Below, piece after piece: positions 62,123-64,000 of a stretch of 64,000 nt of DNA (position 1 is its first letter; every line of letters starts with the position of its first letter). Both the position numbers and the translations under genes were made by a program. The notes beneath the pieces are model-generated. The model made no database searches. It was not told the DNA's origin and saw nothing but the letters and a program-made list of their open reading frames with translations. The stretch is taken from NCBI RefSeq assembly GCF_006345805.1, contig NC_043000.1, positions 104,780,001-104,844,000 of the forward strand, in the 5' to 3' direction. This DNA comes from Octopus sinensis. Taxonomy: Eukaryota.

Positions 62123-64000
62123 CGCATTGCAAATTGGCAGGGCTATTTGAGCTTCGAATGGATATTCATTTTGGTTCTATGCGTGCGCTCTGAGTTCAAA
62201 TCCAGCTGAGGTCAACTTTGCTTTTCCTATTTTTTAGTTTGATAAATAAAGTACCTCTCCAAGATGGAAAAACAGTGGAATTGGTAGAATATCGATATCT
62301 GTTCTGGTTCTTTGTATTCTGGATTCAAATTTCGTCCATATCTAAATTTACAAGCCATACCAACGTTTCATTCAGTAAAGAATCGAAAAGTACTCAATGG
62401 AATGGAAATATACATATAATATATACGATCAAATTGTTCACTTCATATATACCTGGTACTAATTTATCGATCCTCATCCATCTCAAAGTGAAATGAAAAC
62501 AAAGTCGACTTCTGTGGAACTTGAACTCATTACTGTTAGGTGCCAAATCACATGCGGTAAAACACCCACTTCAACGTTCTTCTACCATGGACATCTTCTC
62601 AGAACTTCATATGCTTTATTTTGAAAGGACATCGATGCATAAACATTTTTTAAATTCATTCCTGGCGAGACTGGACTATAATATTGTCACCATCTGATAA
62701 TTCATATTTTATGCAGACGAGATCGCTGAGCAGAAATTACATTTCAAGCTGAAGAATAAGAAGATAAATTAGAGTAAACCAAGTCACCGACAAGTCTTTT
62801 CTTTTAAAATTCATTTAACGTCAAAAATGATCACATTTATAGGAGACAAACAAATCTTAACTCACATCAGTAAAAGTACTACTACATCCAGTTTTTACAT
62901 GATCTTTTTCGCTGAAAAGTAAATACGACATTATCTCTATCTTTAGTTTTTTTTCTTCAAGTGTCTACGTAGTACATTCACAATCAAATAAGAAATATTT
63001 GGTGCCAACAAATATATGCGTAATATATGCAACTGTGTGATAACTATTGAAGCACTTCGATTTACTTGTATACGCAAAGTAAAACGTTAAGCGTTATTAA
63101 TGTGGTTTCACATGCGATAGCCTGGATAGTTTATATATGGGCGTAAGCATGGCTGTGTGGTTAAGAACAGTACTTCGCAGCTTCGCAGTTTCATGTTCAG
63201 TCCAAATGCGTGGTACTTGGGTAAATGTCTTCTCTTATGGCCCCCGGGCAGACCAATGCCTTAAGAGCGAATGTGGTCGATGGAAACTGTTGCAGAAGTG
63301 GGAAAAAAAAACGAAAATTACAAAACGACTTCCTTATTTTATATCGCAACAAAGGAACAATAGCGCCATTATTTACACGCAAATCATTGGTTCCTTGCAT
63401 TACCGACAGCGAGAGTGACGGGGAGTGTCTGTAATTCGATGTAGAACAAATATCACAGAGGTCATCTTTCGTAAAGCAACATTGGAACTTTTTTTATCCT
63501 CTCGCCATTGTTTCCATCCTTCGCTAATATATAGTCTTCCGAACTATAAGCGTATTCTAAATTTCACTCCATGATATTAGTTAATCTGGGGTTATAGTAG
63601 AGGATATTTGATCAAAGTGTCACCGTGCAGCGGGATTGAATATCAAACTAAGTGGTTGCAACGCAAACTTCTTAACCACACAATCGTGTATCAGTGAAAC
63701 TGATATATACTATAAATCACAATTCCCTTCAGATGTTGCTACACCTTGTCAAATATATAAACTTCCTATCAAGGGAAGCTTCGACATGCCAAAATAGCAG
63801 CCTGTGTCCCCCAGACCACATAACTTTCATCCTTCAAAAAGGAAGGACACATGGCATAATATAGCCCCAAATACATTATACCTGGAAAAGGGGCAGGTTG
63901 CTTAGAGCTGAAATGCTTTTGATCTTAAGTTTGCTCGATCAAAGCAAAACTAGATTTAAGCAAAAAACAACAACAATAGCAGCAATCAAATCTTCTTTAA

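Noticed and set aside
1-64000. CRISPR arrays, rRNA, prokaryotic operons
   Set aside because: No repeat-spacer arrays or rRNA-like sequence. The spliceosomal gene structure shows the window is eukaryotic.

Overview
Eukaryotic, AT-rich window dense in microsatellites and retroelements. The repeat families and composition look like a coleoid cephalopod, probably Octopus; this is inferred from recall, not from a search. Two host genes lie head-to-head. GOSR2/membrin is on the minus strand: two coding exons at 1-124 and 362-633, continuing off the left edge, plus a probable non-coding first exon near 8010-8170. ECHDC3 is on the plus strand and complete: 10 coding exons from 12591 to 41053, about 287-289 aa, with all splice phases consistent. 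The rest is mobile DNA: RTE fragments, two tandem Tx1-type (L1 clade) LINEs in ECHDC3 intron 2, a young 5'-truncated CR1/L2-group LINE, R4/Dong-like restriction-endonuclease (RLE) LINE fragments, tRNA-derived SINEs, MITEs, a 783-bp fold-back element, and a nearly intact Penelope-like element (51292-56839) with 1.27-kb direct repeats. The most interesting signals are: (1) minimal hammerhead ribozymes with a non-canonical CCGAAGA core in the Penelope repeats, with a decayed version in a second family at 57304-57340; (2) an R4/Dong-like element tied to (TATG)n tracts that appears to produce uniform ~110-bp derivatives, next to a structured terminal sequence showing compensatory base changes; (3) different retroelement classes each sitting in a different microsatellite motif; (4) three fold-back palindromes at (TA)n tracts between 47.8 and 51.2 kb, which could be real or assembly artefacts. 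Most ORFs in the supplied track are translations of microsatellites. No CRISPR, rRNA or genuine tRNA gene was seen.
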